Shown here piece by piece: positions 1 through 9,100 of a DNA stretch of 56,970 nt. Source of the DNA: Paracoccaceae bacterium (GTDB lineage: Bacteria > Pseudomonadota > Alphaproteobacteria > Rhodobacterales > Rhodobacteraceae); the NCBI GenBank assembly GCA_050300875.1, contig JBNKYL010000089.1, forward strand, positions 1-56,970. The letters are read 5' to 3'. Within the stretch, counting starts at the first letter, position 1. Every line of letters starts with the position of its first letter. Below the pieces are notes generated by a model. The model saw nothing but the letters and a program-made list of their open reading frames with translations. It was not told where the DNA came from and did not search any database. The position numbers and the translations under genes are program-made.

Positions 1-1
1 A

Positions 2-334
2 CTGGCGTGGTATCAGTGGCAGAAACACGGGCGCTGTACGGGGCTGTCATCGCAGGACTACTACGGTGCGGCGCGCAAGGCATTCGACGCGGTGACGCGC
101 CCCGCGATCCTGCGCGACCTGACGCGCGACGTTACACTGCCTGCGCATTTGATCGAAGAAGCGTTTCTGCGCGACAACCCAGACCTGACTGCCGATATGC
201 TGACCGTCACGTGCATATCCGGGATGATACAAGAGGTCCGGCTGTGCCTGACCCGCGACTTTGAACCTCGCATCTGCGGGGCGGACGTGATCCGCGATTG
301 CGACATGAACAACGCCCTGTTCAAGGCGCGATAG
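2..334 (+). CDS. C-terminal fragment of a ribonuclease T2-family protein (5' end lies outside the window)
   Basis: This frame is open from the window edge to the stop at 332-334. The translated start LAWYQWQKHGRCTGLSSQDYY resembles the RNase T2 CAS-II active-site motif (W-x-KHG-x-C). Listed ORF 92..334 is the in-frame tail. Confidence 0.5.
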   Translation: MAWYQWQKHGRCTGLSSQDYYGAARKAFDAVTRPAILRDLTRDVTLPAHLIEEAFLRDNPDLTADMLTVTCISGMIQEVRLCLTRDFEPRICGADVIRDCDMNNALFKAR

Positions 335-343
335 GCTTGGCGG

Positions 344-1333
344 TCACGTCACGCGCAGAACGATCTTGCCGATGTGGTCACCCGCTTCCATTCGGGCATG
401 GGCCAGCGCTGCATCTTCCAGCGCAAATTCCTGGTCCATGACCGGGGCGACACGGCCCGCATTCAGCAAAGGCCACACACGCATGCGCAGGGCTTCGGCG
501 ATCTCGGCCTTGGCCTGCACCGATTGCGGGCGCAGGGTGGACCCGGTGATCGTCAACCGCCGCGTCATCACCTGTGCAAAATTCAGCTCGACCTTCGGAC
601 CTTGTAGAAAAGCGATCTGCACCAGCCGACCGTCATCGGCCAGCGCGCGGACGTTGCGCGGTAAGTAGTCGCCGCCCACCATGTCGAGTATCAGGTTCGC
701 CCCGCCCTCGGCGCGCAGGACATCGACGAAATCTTCGTCGCGGTAGTTGATCGCCCGTTCCGCGCCGAGATCGGCGCATGTGCTGCATTTGTCCGGGGAT
801 CCGGCGGTGGCGAAGACGCGAGCGCCGAAATGGCGCGCAAGCTGGATTGCGGTGGTGCCGATCCCGGAGGAACCGCCATGCACAAGAAACCGTTCGCCCG
901 CCTGTAACCCGCCGCGCATGAACACGTTGGTCCAGACGGTGAAATAGGTTTCCGGCAGGCAGGCTGCCTGTTTCACGTCCAGTGCGATTGGCACGGGCAA
1001 GGCATGTGCGGCGGGCGTTACGACATATTCGGCATAGCCGCCGCCGGGCAGCAGGGCGAAGACCTCGTCACCCACGGCCCAATCCGACACGCCCGGGCCA
1101 ATGGCGGCCACGGTGCCCGCGGCTTCCAGCCCTGGCAGGTCGGACGCACCCGGCGGCGGCGCATAGGCGCCCGCGCGTTGCAGTGCGTCGGGGCGGTTCA
1201 CACCGGCGAATGCCACTCGGATCAGAAGCTCGCCCTGTTTGGGGACAGGCACCGGTCGCCGCGTCGGGATCAGAACCTCCGGCCCGCCCGGTTCTGCGAT
1301 TTCGATGGCGCGCATCTCATTGGGCAGGGTCAT
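344..1333 (-). CDS. qor: NADPH:quinone oxidoreductase (MDR / zinc-type alcohol dehydrogenase-like superfamily)
   Basis: ORF 344..1354. It has an MDR fold signature (VAFAGVNRPDALQRAGAY, DLPGLEAAG) and a GGSSGIGTTAIQLA nucleotide-binding loop. I moved the start to ATG 1331-1333 (MTLPNEMRAIEI), which overlaps the upstream stop as TGATG. Confidence 0.85.
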   Translation of the reverse strand: MTLPNEMRAIEIAEPGGPEVLIPTRRPVPVPKQGELLIRVAFAGVNRPDALQRAGAYAPPPGASDLPGLEAAGTVAAIGPGVSDWAVGDEVFALLPGGGYAEYVVTPAAHALPVPIALDVKQAACLPETYFTVWTNVFMRGGLQAGERFLVHGGSSGIGTTAIQLARHFGARVFATAGSPDKCSTCADLGAERAINYRDEDFVDVLRAEGGANLILDMVGGDYLPRNVRALADDGRLVQIAFLQGPKVELNFAQVMTRRLTITGSTLRPQSVQAKAEIAEALRMRVWPLLNAGRVAPVMDQEFALEDAALAHARMEAGDHIGKIVLRVT

Positions 1334-2004
1334 CAGTGGCCGTCCTTTGTCCAACCGGGATAATCCGGGAACGGGCCGGATCGCGGGGCGTGTATGCGGG
1401 ACATCAAGCCGTCGGCCAGGTCCATCATGGGGCGGAACAGCGGGGCCTTTCGCATCTGGCCCTTGAATTGTTCGAACTGCATCACATTGGCGATGCGGCG
1501 GTCTATGAAATCACGCGTGGCCTGATCGTCTTCGGATGTGTCGCCCAGCCAGAACAGCACCGACGATGCGAAAACGCCGGACAAGATGGCGCGTTTAGAA
1601 TACCAGTTGCCATCGCGGGACGTGTCGCCAAGTGCCGCCCAGATTGCATCGGCCGTTCCCCAGATCAGCGATGCGCCTTCGGCGGCGTGCTGGGGCAGGG
1701 CGAACAGGGCCATGCCGCGGCGCACGGTTTCCTTGTCTGTCGCCCGGATGCGACGCCAGATCAGGTCCGCAACCTTTTCGGAATAGCGCCTGTCGGCCAT
1801 GTCAGCGGTCACTTCGATGATCGCGTCGCCGCGTTTGTGGTATGCTACGGCCAGGTCGACGGCACCGCGCGGGCAGGCGGCCGTGGCCTCCTGCGGGGAC
1901 ACGCCCGCGTCGGCGATCGCGGCGGTGAAGGTTTCGGGTGACCAGCCGTCAAAGGCCACATGGGCCAAAGCGGCTTCGAGCAATTTGTCCAGGATTGGCG
2001 TCAT
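1333..2004 (-). CDS. COQ9-family protein ('rpsU-divergently transcribed protein' family)
   Basis: ORF 1333..2028. The sequence (ILDKLLEAALAHVAFDGWS...) looks like the bacterial COQ9 / rpsU-divergent family. The internal ATG at 2002-2004 has the better RBS (AAAAGGG). The gene sits in a minus-strand operon divergent from rpsU. Confidence 0.65.
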   Translation of the reverse strand: MTPILDKLLEAALAHVAFDGWSPETFTAAIADAGVSPQEATAACPRGAVDLAVAYHKRGDAIIEVTADMADRRYSEKVADLIWRRIRATDKETVRRGMALFALPQHAAEGASLIWGTADAIWAALGDTSRDGNWYSKRAILSGVFASSVLFWLGDTSEDDQATRDFIDRRIANVMQFEQFKGQMRKAPLFRPMMDLADGLMSRIHAPRSGPFPDYPGWTKDGH

Positions 2005-2063
2005 GGCAACGGCCCTTTTCGCGATCATCTTTTACGGCGTGCACTGCGCGCGCCTGAACAGGA

Positions 2064-3110
2064 CTATTCCTTTTGCACGACGCCGTCGATGCCAAGGATG
2101 AATTCGCCGCCCATCGCGCTGGCTGGCGTATGGAAACCGGGTTCGACGGTGCCGTTACCCACCGCAATTGCGATGCGGGCGGCAGTCATGGCCGTCAAAT
2201 GGTAGCCTTCGGGCGTTTCGATGCGCAACTCTGCCGACTGTCCGTCGGTGTTTTCCACCCGGCCATAGACGCGCGCGCGCCAAGTCTTCCGGGCTTTGGC
2301 GTCCGGGCCGGGCGGCATCAGCCGTAATTGCAGTGAAGTCAGCCAGCGGCCAGCGGTCGAGGCCAGGAACCGGCGCGGCCAGGGACCCATTTCCAGCAGT
2401 CTACGAAACTGTGGCGACGCTTCGATGTAGACCTTGATCGTCGGGATGCCGGTGGTGTGCCACGCCGTGACGATGTCGCCCCAAGTGGTTGCATGGACTG
2501 TCACCGGACCATTACCGAAATTGACTGTGGTTGTCTGGCCATTTGGCAGTGCCGTGATCTTGCCGCCAAGCCGGGCGAAGACGGGTTTGTCAATATGGGA
2601 CATGACGGTTCGGGCCGTGCCGCGTGACGCCTGGTTCATGCCGCCGAAAGCCAGTGTCAGGTGGTCCGCATCCGGCAGGCGCGCGGCGAGCAAGGCGGCG
2701 ACGCAGTCGGTTGGCACAACGTCGAAGCCCACGCCGGGCATGACGGTTATTCCTGCGTCTCGGGCGGCGCCGTCCAGATCGGCGCAACCGGCCAGCACGT
2801 CCGGTTCACCGGTGATGTCCAGGTAATGGACGTGGTTGCGCAGGCAGGCCCGTGTGGCATCTTGCCAAGTCTGCGCAAAGGGGCCGGCGGCGTTCAACAG
2901 GACATCAACCCCGGCCAAGGCCGCCTCCATGGCTGCAGCGTCGGTCAGTTCCGCGGGGCGGGCCGTCAGCCCGAGTTCTTGCGCCAACCGTTCGACCGCG
3001 CCGGCATTTCGCCCCGAAAGGATGGGGGCCATTCCCAGCGCCACCAGTTCCCGCGCTATGAGTTCGCCGGTATATCCGTTGGCTCCGTAGATGAGGATGG
3101 ATCCTGTCAT
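2064..3110 (-). CDS. Saccharopine dehydrogenase-like NAD(P)-binding oxidoreductase
   Basis: ORF 2064..3185. It has an N-terminal Rossmann motif (ILIYGANGYTGELIAREL). The start ATG at 3108-3110 forms an ATGA overlap with the upstream stop. Confidence 0.8.
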   Translation of the reverse strand: MTGSILIYGANGYTGELIARELVALGMAPILSGRNAGAVERLAQELGLTARPAELTDAAAMEAALAGVDVLLNAAGPFAQTWQDATRACLRNHVHYLDITGEPDVLAGCADLDGAARDAGITVMPGVGFDVVPTDCVAALLAARLPDADHLTLAFGGMNQASRGTARTVMSHIDKPVFARLGGKITALPNGQTTTVNFGNGPVTVHATTWGDIVTAWHTTGIPTIKVYIEASPQFRRLLEMGPWPRRFLASTAGRWLTSLQLRLMPPGPDAKARKTWRARVYGRVENTDGQSAELRIETPEGYHLTAMTAARIAIAVGNGTVEPGFHTPASAMGGEFILGIDGVVQKE

Positions 3111-3529
3111 GTCGTCTCCTTGGCGGCTTGCGGCGTCTTGCGGCGCAAGAATTTCAGCCCGGACCAGTCCGTGTCGACCGCACAAACCTTCACATCAACC
3201 CATCCGGTCGGCAGAATCACTTCCCGCAGCGTGTCTTCGGTTACGTCGCGAAACAGGGGCGAGGATTTCTTGGGCCAGCTGACCCAGACCATGCCGGGGT
3301 CTGCGGCGCTCGACAGGGCCTTGTCGATGCGGCGGCGCAGCTCTGCCTTGGTTCGGCAGAACAGGTGTACCACATCTGCGCCCTTTGACTTGGCCACGAA
3401 ACGCACCCCGTCCACGCCATCGACAAGCGTGCGGTAATGATCCGGTGCGCCGATCAGCAGGCAGGTCATGCCGGGTTTCAGCCCCATTTTCTGGTAGAGC
3501 GGCTTGCCCGAATATCCGGTCGTCGACAT
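3107..3529 (-). CDS. DUF3052-family protein
   Basis: This is the C-terminal 140 aa of ORF 3107..3991 (MSTTGYSGKPLYQKMGLKPGMTCLLIGAP...). The longer ORF would run across rpsU, so I chose the ATG at 3527-3529. Confidence 0.7.
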   Translation of the reverse strand: MSTTGYSGKPLYQKMGLKPGMTCLLIGAPDHYRTLVDGVDGVRFVAKSKGADVVHLFCRTKAELRRRIDKALSSAADPGMVWVSWPKKSSPLFRDVTEDTLREVILPTGWVDVKVCAVDTDWSGLKFLRRKTPQAAKETT

Positions 3530-3646
3530 TTTTCCGCCCCTGGTTTCTGGATAGGTGTAGTGTAGACAGATCGACCGCGCCCTGCTATAGGGCCGCTTCC
3601 TGCAAATTCTTGCAAACTCAAACCTAGAAAGGTGGTGACAACCACA

Positions 3647-3852
3647 ATGCAGGTCAGTGTACGCGACAACAATGTCGATCAGGCGCTCCGCGCTCTGAAG
3701 AAAAAGCTGCAGCGCGAGGGTGTGTTTCGCGAAATGAAGCTTAAGCAACATTTCGAAAAGCCGTCCGAGAAGAAAGCGCGCGAGAAGGCCGAGGCCATCC
3801 GCCGTGCCCGCAAGCTTGCCCGTAAAAGGCACAGCGCGAAGGGATGCTGTAA
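3647..3852 (+). CDS. rpsU: 30S ribosomal protein S21, with an apparent 1-nt frameshift near the 3' end
   Basis: [60 protein letters not shown] is an unmistakable S21. After the A-run at 3824-3827 the given frame diverges and stays open to 4033. The adjacent frame gives KAQREGML followed by TAA at 3850-3852. Confidence 0.85.
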
Positions 3853-3892
3853 GCTCTTGACACTGGGCCGGGGCAACCCGGCCGATCAGACG

Positions 3893-3926
3893 ACCCCCGA
3901 GCGAAGGCCCGGGGGTTTGTCTTTTT
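3893..3926 (+). terminator. Rho-independent terminator downstream of rpsU
   Basis: The stem pairs ACCCCCG (3893-3899) with CGGGGGT (3910-3916) and is followed by TTGTCTTTTT. A second perfect 7-bp hairpin, GGCCGGG-GCAA-CCCGGCC, lies just upstream at 3866-3883. Confidence 0.6.
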
Positions 3927-4029
3927 CGGACCATCACAATTACGTTGGGGGCTTCCCCTTGGCGGCGGGGCGTCATAGCTTTGCGGTCCAAGCCGGGTAT
4001 GAAACCGATTTCACGAAGGGCAGTTTGCG

Positions 4030-4902
4030 ATGAGCGGCAATGACTACATCCCCCCCAAGGTCTGGACCTGGGAAAAGGAGAGCGGCGGGCAGTTTGCGTC
4101 GATCAACCGCCCCATTGCCGGGCCGACGCATGACAAGGACCTGCCGGTCGGAAAACATCCGCATCAGTTGTATTCACTGGCCACGCCCAATGGTCAGAAG
4201 GCTTCCATCCTGTTCGAAGAGCTGTTGGCAGCAGGCATTTCAGATGCCGAATACGATGCCTGGCCGATCCGCATCGGCGATGGCGAACAATTCGGCAGCG
4301 GGTTCGTGGACATCAACCCGAATTCCAAGATCCCGGCCCTGGTGGACCATTCCACGCCGACCCCGACGCGGGTTTTCGAAAGCGGTGCGATCCTGATTTA
4401 CCTGTCCGAGAAGTTCGGGGCGTTTCAGCCCGAAGATCCGGCCAAGCGTCCTGAGATGTTGTCCTGGCTGATGTGGCAGATGGGATCAGCGCCTTTCCTG
4501 GGTGGGGGGTTCGGGCATTTCTATGCCTATGCGCCCGAAAAATTCGAATATCCGATCAACCGCTACGCGATGGAGGTCAAACGCCAGTTGGACGTGCTGG
4601 ATCGTCATCTGGCCGGCTCGCAATTCATGGTGGGCGATGAATACACCATTGCCGATATGGCGATCTGGCCGTGGTATGGCGGCTTGGTAAAGGGGTGGCA
4701 ATACGGCGCGGCGGAATTCCTGGACGTCGCGAGTTACACCAATGTGGTGCGCTGGGCCGAAGAGATATTTGCGCGCCCGGCCGTCAAGCGCGGACGCATC
4801 GTGAACCGGCTGATGGGTAATCCGGCTGAGCAGTTGCATGAACGGCATGATGCCAGCGATTTCGACCTGCGCACCCAGGACAAGATCGGCACACAGGACT
4901 GA
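4030..4902 (+). CDS. yghU: Nu-class glutathione S-transferase, YghU type
   Basis: The 290-aa product is near-collinear with E. coli YghU as I remember it ([63 protein letters not shown]). Confidence 0.9.
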   Translation: MSGNDYIPPKVWTWEKESGGQFASINRPIAGPTHDKDLPVGKHPHQLYSLATPNGQKASILFEELLAAGISDAEYDAWPIRIGDGEQFGSGFVDINPNSKIPALVDHSTPTPTRVFESGAILIYLSEKFGAFQPEDPAKRPEMLSWLMWQMGSAPFLGGGFGHFYAYAPEKFEYPINRYAMEVKRQLDVLDRHLAGSQFMVGDEYTIADMAIWPWYGGLVKGWQYGAAEFLDVASYTNVVRWAEEIFARPAVKRGRIVNRLMGNPAEQLHERHDASDFDLRTQDKIGTQD

Positions 4903-4908
4903 TCGGGA

Positions 4909-6612
4909 TCAGGCCGCGCGCTGCCCGTCGGCTTCGGTGGTCAGCTGGAACCGTTCCATGGCAGAACGCAGGTTTTGCGCAAGGTGGGTCAGGTTCTGGC
5001 TGACGGCGGAAGTTTCTTCGAACATCGCGACGTTTTGCTGCGTAACCGCATCCAGTTCGGAAACGGAACCGTTGATTTCCGAGAAAGCGCGCGACTGCTC
5101 GGCGGAAACGTCGGAAATCTGGCTGACGAATTGCGAGATTGCTTCGATGGCTTCGACGATCGAAGCCAGGGCCGTACCGGTCCGGTTCACCATGGCAACG
5201 CCGTCCTTGACCTGTGCGCCGCTCTTGGCGATCAGTTCGCTGATTTCGCGGGCCGCATCGGATGATCGTTGCGACAGCGCGCGCACTTCGGACGCGACGA
5301 CGGCAAATCCCTTGCCGGCCTCGCCTGCGCGGGCGGCTTCGACGCCGGCGTTGAGCGCCAGCAGATTGGTCTGGAAAGCGATATCGTCGATGACGTCGGT
5401 GATATCGGCAACCTGGCCGGACGTCTTTTCGATCTCGCGCATGGCATCTATGGCTTCGCCGACAACTTCATGGCCTGATCGCGCGCTGTCAGATGCGGTG
5501 CCGGCCTTGGCTGCGGCTTCACGCGAAAGGTCAAGCGATGCGGCCATGCGCTTGGTCAACTCGTCAATGGACCGTGCAGCCTGTTCAAGCGCGTTTGCCT
5601 GACCTTCGGTTCTGCGAGACAGGTCGACCATTGCACCGCTGATGCTGGCGGCTTCGTTGTCAATGGAATTTGCCGATTGCGCCGCGACAACGACCGCATC
5701 GTTCAAGTTTTCGATTGCAGCATTAAAATCCCGTCGCAGGTCTTCGTAAGCTTGCGGAAATTCTTGTTCGATCCGTGCAGAAAGGTTGCCTTGGGCCAAG
5801 GCGACAAGGGCGGATTTCAGTGCCGCAACGGTTCTGATCTGTTCGGCTTCTTCGGCGGCCCGATTGGCGGCCTGGCGTTCTTCGAACTCGCGCAATTCCT
5901 TGGCGGATGCTGCGCTTCGCTGTTGTTCGGCCTGAATTTCTGCCCTTGCCGCCATGGCTTCCACTGTGGCGGCTTCGGCTGCGGCCTTGTCCCGCAGGGC
6001 GGATCTTTCTGTTTCTTCGGCGCGGGCCAGGGCGGCGCGAGCCTCTTCGCCTGCTTGTGCCAAGGTCGAGGCGCGTTCGGCGGCCTCGGCTTCCAGTTGC
6101 AGGCGCATCCGCACCGTTCCGATCAATGCGATGGTTTCGAGCGCAACGATGGCGCCGTGCATCAGCGTGCGACCGATATTGCCCATCAGATCGACGGATG
6201 GATAGATCAGGGCAGGCATCGCAATACTGAGCGACAGGTGATGCAGTACGATCACGCCGGCGGCAATGATCAAGGCCAGAATGTCGACCATTGAAACACA
6301 GGCCGCCATGACCGCAAAAAACATCATGTGTGTATCGACCTGCCAGGGGTGCCCGGAAAATGCCGCCGTCAGGCAGATGGATTGTCCGACCAGAACCACA
6401 GCGACGCTGATGCGCATGGACTGGCCCCCGATGCGAAGGGCAATTTGACCGACAACAGAGAAAGAAAGTGATGCCAGGCCGATGGCAAGCACGGAAGTCC
6501 CGGCAAACCATGCGGCGGTGGTGTTGACCGCCAGCATCACCCAGCTGACCCAGATAAGGTAACCTGCCGCGCGGCCGCTGAGTGTTTCGATTTCGTTGCT
6601 TCTGTTGGTCAT
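4909..6612 (-). CDS. Methyl-accepting chemotaxis protein with a multi-pass membrane N-terminus and no obvious periplasmic sensor
   Basis: It carries the conserved MCP signalling hairpin ([38 protein letters not shown]). There are about 5-6 hydrophobic helices in the first ~170 aa, followed by a long Ala/Glu-rich coiled coil. Confidence 0.9.
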   Translation of the reverse strand: MTNRSNEIETLSGRAAGYLIWVSWVMLAVNTTAAWFAGTSVLAIGLASLSFSVVGQIALRIGGQSMRISVAVVLVGQSICLTAAFSGHPWQVDTHMMFFAVMAACVSMVDILALIIAAGVIVLHHLSLSIAMPALIYPSVDLMGNIGRTLMHGAIVALETIALIGTVRMRLQLEAEAAERASTLAQAGEEARAALARAEETERSALRDKAAAEAATVEAMAARAEIQAEQQRSAASAKELREFEERQAANRAAEEAEQIRTVAALKSALVALAQGNLSARIEQEFPQAYEDLRRDFNAAIENLNDAVVVAAQSANSIDNEAASISGAMVDLSRRTEGQANALEQAARSIDELTKRMAASLDLSREAAAKAGTASDSARSGHEVVGEAIDAMREIEKTSGQVADITDVIDDIAFQTNLLALNAGVEAARAGEAGKGFAVVASEVRALSQRSSDAAREISELIAKSGAQVKDGVAMVNRTGTALASIVEAIEAISQFVSQISDVSAEQSRAFSEINGSVSELDAVTQQNVAMFEETSAVSQNLTHLAQNLRSAMERFQLTTEADGQRAA

Positions 6613-6912
6613 CTATCCGGCCTTTCCACAGATCTCGGCAAGTGTTGACGCGGCAATGACGGCCCAGGCGCCATGCGCCCGAGCGACGTCCGCAGTCATG
6701 GCGGTCGCGTCCACAAAGATGGCCATCGGAGCCTGGCTTGGTCCGATGATCTGCCCTTCCAGGGCGGTCAACAGCGCCTGGCGATCTTGCCAGGGCGGCA
6801 AGATCACGAGCGCCAGTTCTTGTGGCTTATGAGGTCGCGAAACCACGGCAAGGACCGGCCCGGCAGAAGCCGCCATCAAAATAAGCAGTGCAACAAAAAA
6901 CCCGCCGCGCAT
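6613..6912 (-). CDS. Small secreted hypothetical protein (99 aa)
   Basis: It has an ATG start with a strong RBS (GGAAGGAAAGG) and a signal-peptide-like N-terminus (MRGGFFVALLILMAASAGPVLA). Its stop TAG directly abuts the MCP ATG at 6612, and the MCP RBS (GGAAAGG) lies inside its 3' end. Confidence 0.55.
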   Translation of the reverse strand: MRGGFFVALLILMAASAGPVLAVVSRPHKPQELALVILPPWQDRQALLTALEGQIIGPSQAPMAIFVDATAMTADVARAHGAWAVIAASTLAEICGKAG

Positions 6913-6983
6913 TGACCCGACCTTTCCTTCCCGGCTTTCCTAGCGCGAAGGACTTAACAGGTGCTGAACTGCTGGAAAGCGGG

Positions 6984-7445
6984 TCAGACCGGCAGAGCCG
7001 TGGTCTTGAAAACCGTTCGCAGCGCGAAGGATGAATGCATCTGCGCAACGCCCGGCAAACGTGCAAGGTGACGGCGGTGGATCTGGGCGAAGTGGTCGGT
7101 GTCAGCGGCCACGACCTTTAGCAGGTAATCGGCCGTGCCCGCCATCAGGTGACATTCGAGCACGTCGGGGATCTTGGCCACCTCGCGTTCGAAGGCGTCC
7201 AGCACCTCGTCCGTCTGGCCCGACAGGGTGATTTCGACAAAGACCGTCGCGGGCCGTTCGAGTTTGCGCGGGTCCAGCAGTGCCACGTAGTCGCGGATCA
7301 GGCCGGATTTTTCGAGCGCCTGCACACGCCGGTGGCAGGCTGACGGCGACAGGTTCACCCGGTCAGACAACTGTGCGTTGGTCATCCGCGCGTCCTTCTG
7401 CAAGGCGCGCAATATACGGCGGTCTGTTTCGTCAATATCCAACAT
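6984..7445 (-). CDS. Lrp/AsnC-family transcriptional regulator
   Basis: It has an HTH_AsnC N-terminus (DRRILRALQKDARMTNAQLSDRVNLSPSACHRRVQALE) plus a RAM domain. It is divergent from ald, the usual arrangement for an alanine dehydrogenase regulator. Confidence 0.9.
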   Translation of the reverse strand: MLDIDETDRRILRALQKDARMTNAQLSDRVNLSPSACHRRVQALEKSGLIRDYVALLDPRKLERPATVFVEITLSGQTDEVLDAFEREVAKIPDVLECHLMAGTADYLLKVVAADTDHFAQIHRRHLARLPGVAQMHSSFALRTVFKTTALPV

Positions 7446-7578
7446 TGCGCGAGAATTTCCTGTCCAAGGGCATTATCGCACAACTTTTAGCCAACATGAC
7501 ACGTCTGGGCCACCCCAGAATTCAAAGCATTTGTGCCCCTCCTACGGCATTGTGAACTGAAGGAAGAGGAGAGCCCCC

Positions 7579-8697
7579 ATGAAACTCGGTTGCCCCAAGG
7601 AAATCAAACCGCAGGAATTTCGCGTCGGTATGACGCCCAACGCCGCGCGCGAGGCCGTGGCCCACGGCCATGACGTCGTGATCGAAACGGGTGCCGGAAT
7701 TGGCGCCGGGTTTGCCGATGCGGACTATGTCGCGGCGGGTGCGGCCATCATCGACACGGCCGAAGAGGTTTTTGCCACGGCCGACATGATCGTGAAGGTC
7801 AAAGAACCGCAGGCAGTCGAGCGCAAGATGCTGCGCGAAGGCCAGTTGCTGTTTACCTATCTGCACCTGGCGCCGGACCCGGAACAGACAAAGGACCTGC
7901 TGGCGTCAGGTTGCACGGCGATCGCCTATGAAACTGTGACCGACCGCAACGGCGGGCTGCCCTTGCTGGCGCCGATGTCGGAAGTGGCTGGCAAGCTGGC
8001 CCCGCAAGTGGGGGCCTGGACATTGCAAAAGGCCAATGGCGGGCGCGGGGTGCTGATGGGCGGCGTTCCCGGGGTTGGTCCGGCCAAGGTCGTGGTGATC
8101 GGCGGCGGCGTGGTGGGCACGCATTCAGCGCGCGTGGCCGCCGGCATGGGGGCCGATGTGACGGTGTTGGACATGTCACTGCCGCGACTGCGCTATCTGG
8201 ACGACACGATGCGGGGGGAGTTCAAGACTTCCTACGCGTCTTCGGGCAATACGGCGGACCTGGTGGCACAGGCCGACATGGTGATCGGTGCGGTGCTGAT
8301 ACCGGGTGCCGCCGCCCCGAAACTCGTCAGCCGTGAACAGCTTTCGACCATGAAGCCCGGCGCGGCGCTGGTCGACGTGGCCATCGATCAGGGCGGGTGT
8401 TTCGAAACTTCGCGCGCCACCACCCATGCGGACCCGATCTATGAGGTCGACGGGATCATGCATTACTGCGTGGCAAACATGCCAGGCGCGGTTGCGCGGA
8501 CGTCGACCATTGCGTTGGGCAATGCCACCATGCCGTTCATGCTGGCGCTGGCCGACAAGGGGTGGCGCAAGGCGTGCGAGGATGACGAACACCTGTTGAA
8601 CGGGCTGAACGTGCATGCCGGGCAACTGACCTATTACGCCGTGGGCAAGGCGTTGGGACTGGATGTCCTGTCGCCCGGCCTTGCGTTGAAAAAGTAG
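7579..8697 (+). CDS. ald: Alanine dehydrogenase
   Basis: The 372-aa product starts [20 protein letters not shown] and has a [14 protein letters not shown] Rossmann loop. It has full-length AlaDH architecture. The RBS is GGAAGAGGAG. Confidence 0.95.
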   Translation: MKLGCPKEIKPQEFRVGMTPNAAREAVAHGHDVVIETGAGIGAGFADADYVAAGAAIIDTAEEVFATADMIVKVKEPQAVERKMLREGQLLFTYLHLAPDPEQTKDLLASGCTAIAYETVTDRNGGLPLLAPMSEVAGKLAPQVGAWTLQKANGGRGVLMGGVPGVGPAKVVVIGGGVVGTHSARVAAGMGADVTVLDMSLPRLRYLDDTMRGEFKTSYASSGNTADLVAQADMVIGAVLIPGAAAPKLVSREQLSTMKPGAALVDVAIDQGGCFETSRATTHADPIYEVDGIMHYCVANMPGAVARTSTIALGNATMPFMLALADKGWRKACEDDEHLLNGLNVHAGQLTYYAVGKALGLDVLSPGLALKK

Positions 8698-8780
8698 CAA
8701 AGCACGCGTCCCAAGCCGCAGCCCAGCCCTTATCGAGGGCTGGGGGCGTTCCATCGGAGGCTTTGCCCTGGCGGTGACAA

Positions 8781-9086
8781 ATGTCCAAGGTGACCAACCC
8801 GCGCGCATGTGCTAAAGATGCGTGGAGGTTAATTGATTTAGGGACTGTTTATTTGGACAGAACCAGCAAAGAGGTTCTGAGGGAAGTGTACGACGTTTTG
8901 TCGGGACTGTCTGAGTTTATCCAGAATGTGCAAACCACGAATCTGGAAAAATTGGATGCGTCGCTTTGGGATTACAAGCGCCGATTGGATGCGATTATCG
9001 CAGACATCGCCCGCGATCATGGTGCAGCCATGAACAGCAACGGCAAACTGGACGGTAACGCCGATCCCTCAGGACAGACACATTAG
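8781..9086 (+). CDS. Orphan hypothetical protein (101 aa) in an AT-richer patch
   Basis: This is the only sizeable ORF in the 400-nt gap between ald and the aldolase gene. Its codon usage is atypical for the window (TTA, AGA, AGG). I recognise no motif. Confidence 0.35.
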   Translation: MSKVTNPRACAKDAWRLIDLGTVYLDRTSKEVLREVYDVLSGLSEFIQNVQTTNLEKLDASLWDYKRRLDAIIADIARDHGAAMNSNGKLDGNADPSGQTH

Positions 9087-9100
9087 CAACCAACGCGGCG

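Noticed and set aside
982-1941. 319-aa plus-strand ORF, together with similar antisense ORFs at 20423..21451 (342 aa), 39405..40289 (294 aa), 23888..24514 (208 aa) and 42089..42559 (156 aa)
   Set aside because: Each is opposite a gene with strong family motifs (qor/COQ9-like, pgsA/moaD/moaE, DUF1285 (its 3' end also runs antisense into the start of the VOC gene), nudC, SET). Their Arg/Pro-rich composition marks them as GC shadow ORFs.
3821-3830. Programmed -1 ribosomal frameshift as the explanation for the rpsU frame break
   Set aside because: The site (CGT AAA AGG) is not an X XXY YYZ slippery heptamer, there is no obvious stimulatory structure immediately downstream, and S21 is not known to be recoded. 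A homopolymer length error or a mutation is the simpler explanation.
3107-3991. 294-aa minus-strand ORF spanning the rpsU locus
   Set aside because: The upstream 154 codons are antisense to rpsU and its promoter. The DUF3052 similarity begins at the internal ATG at 3527-3529.
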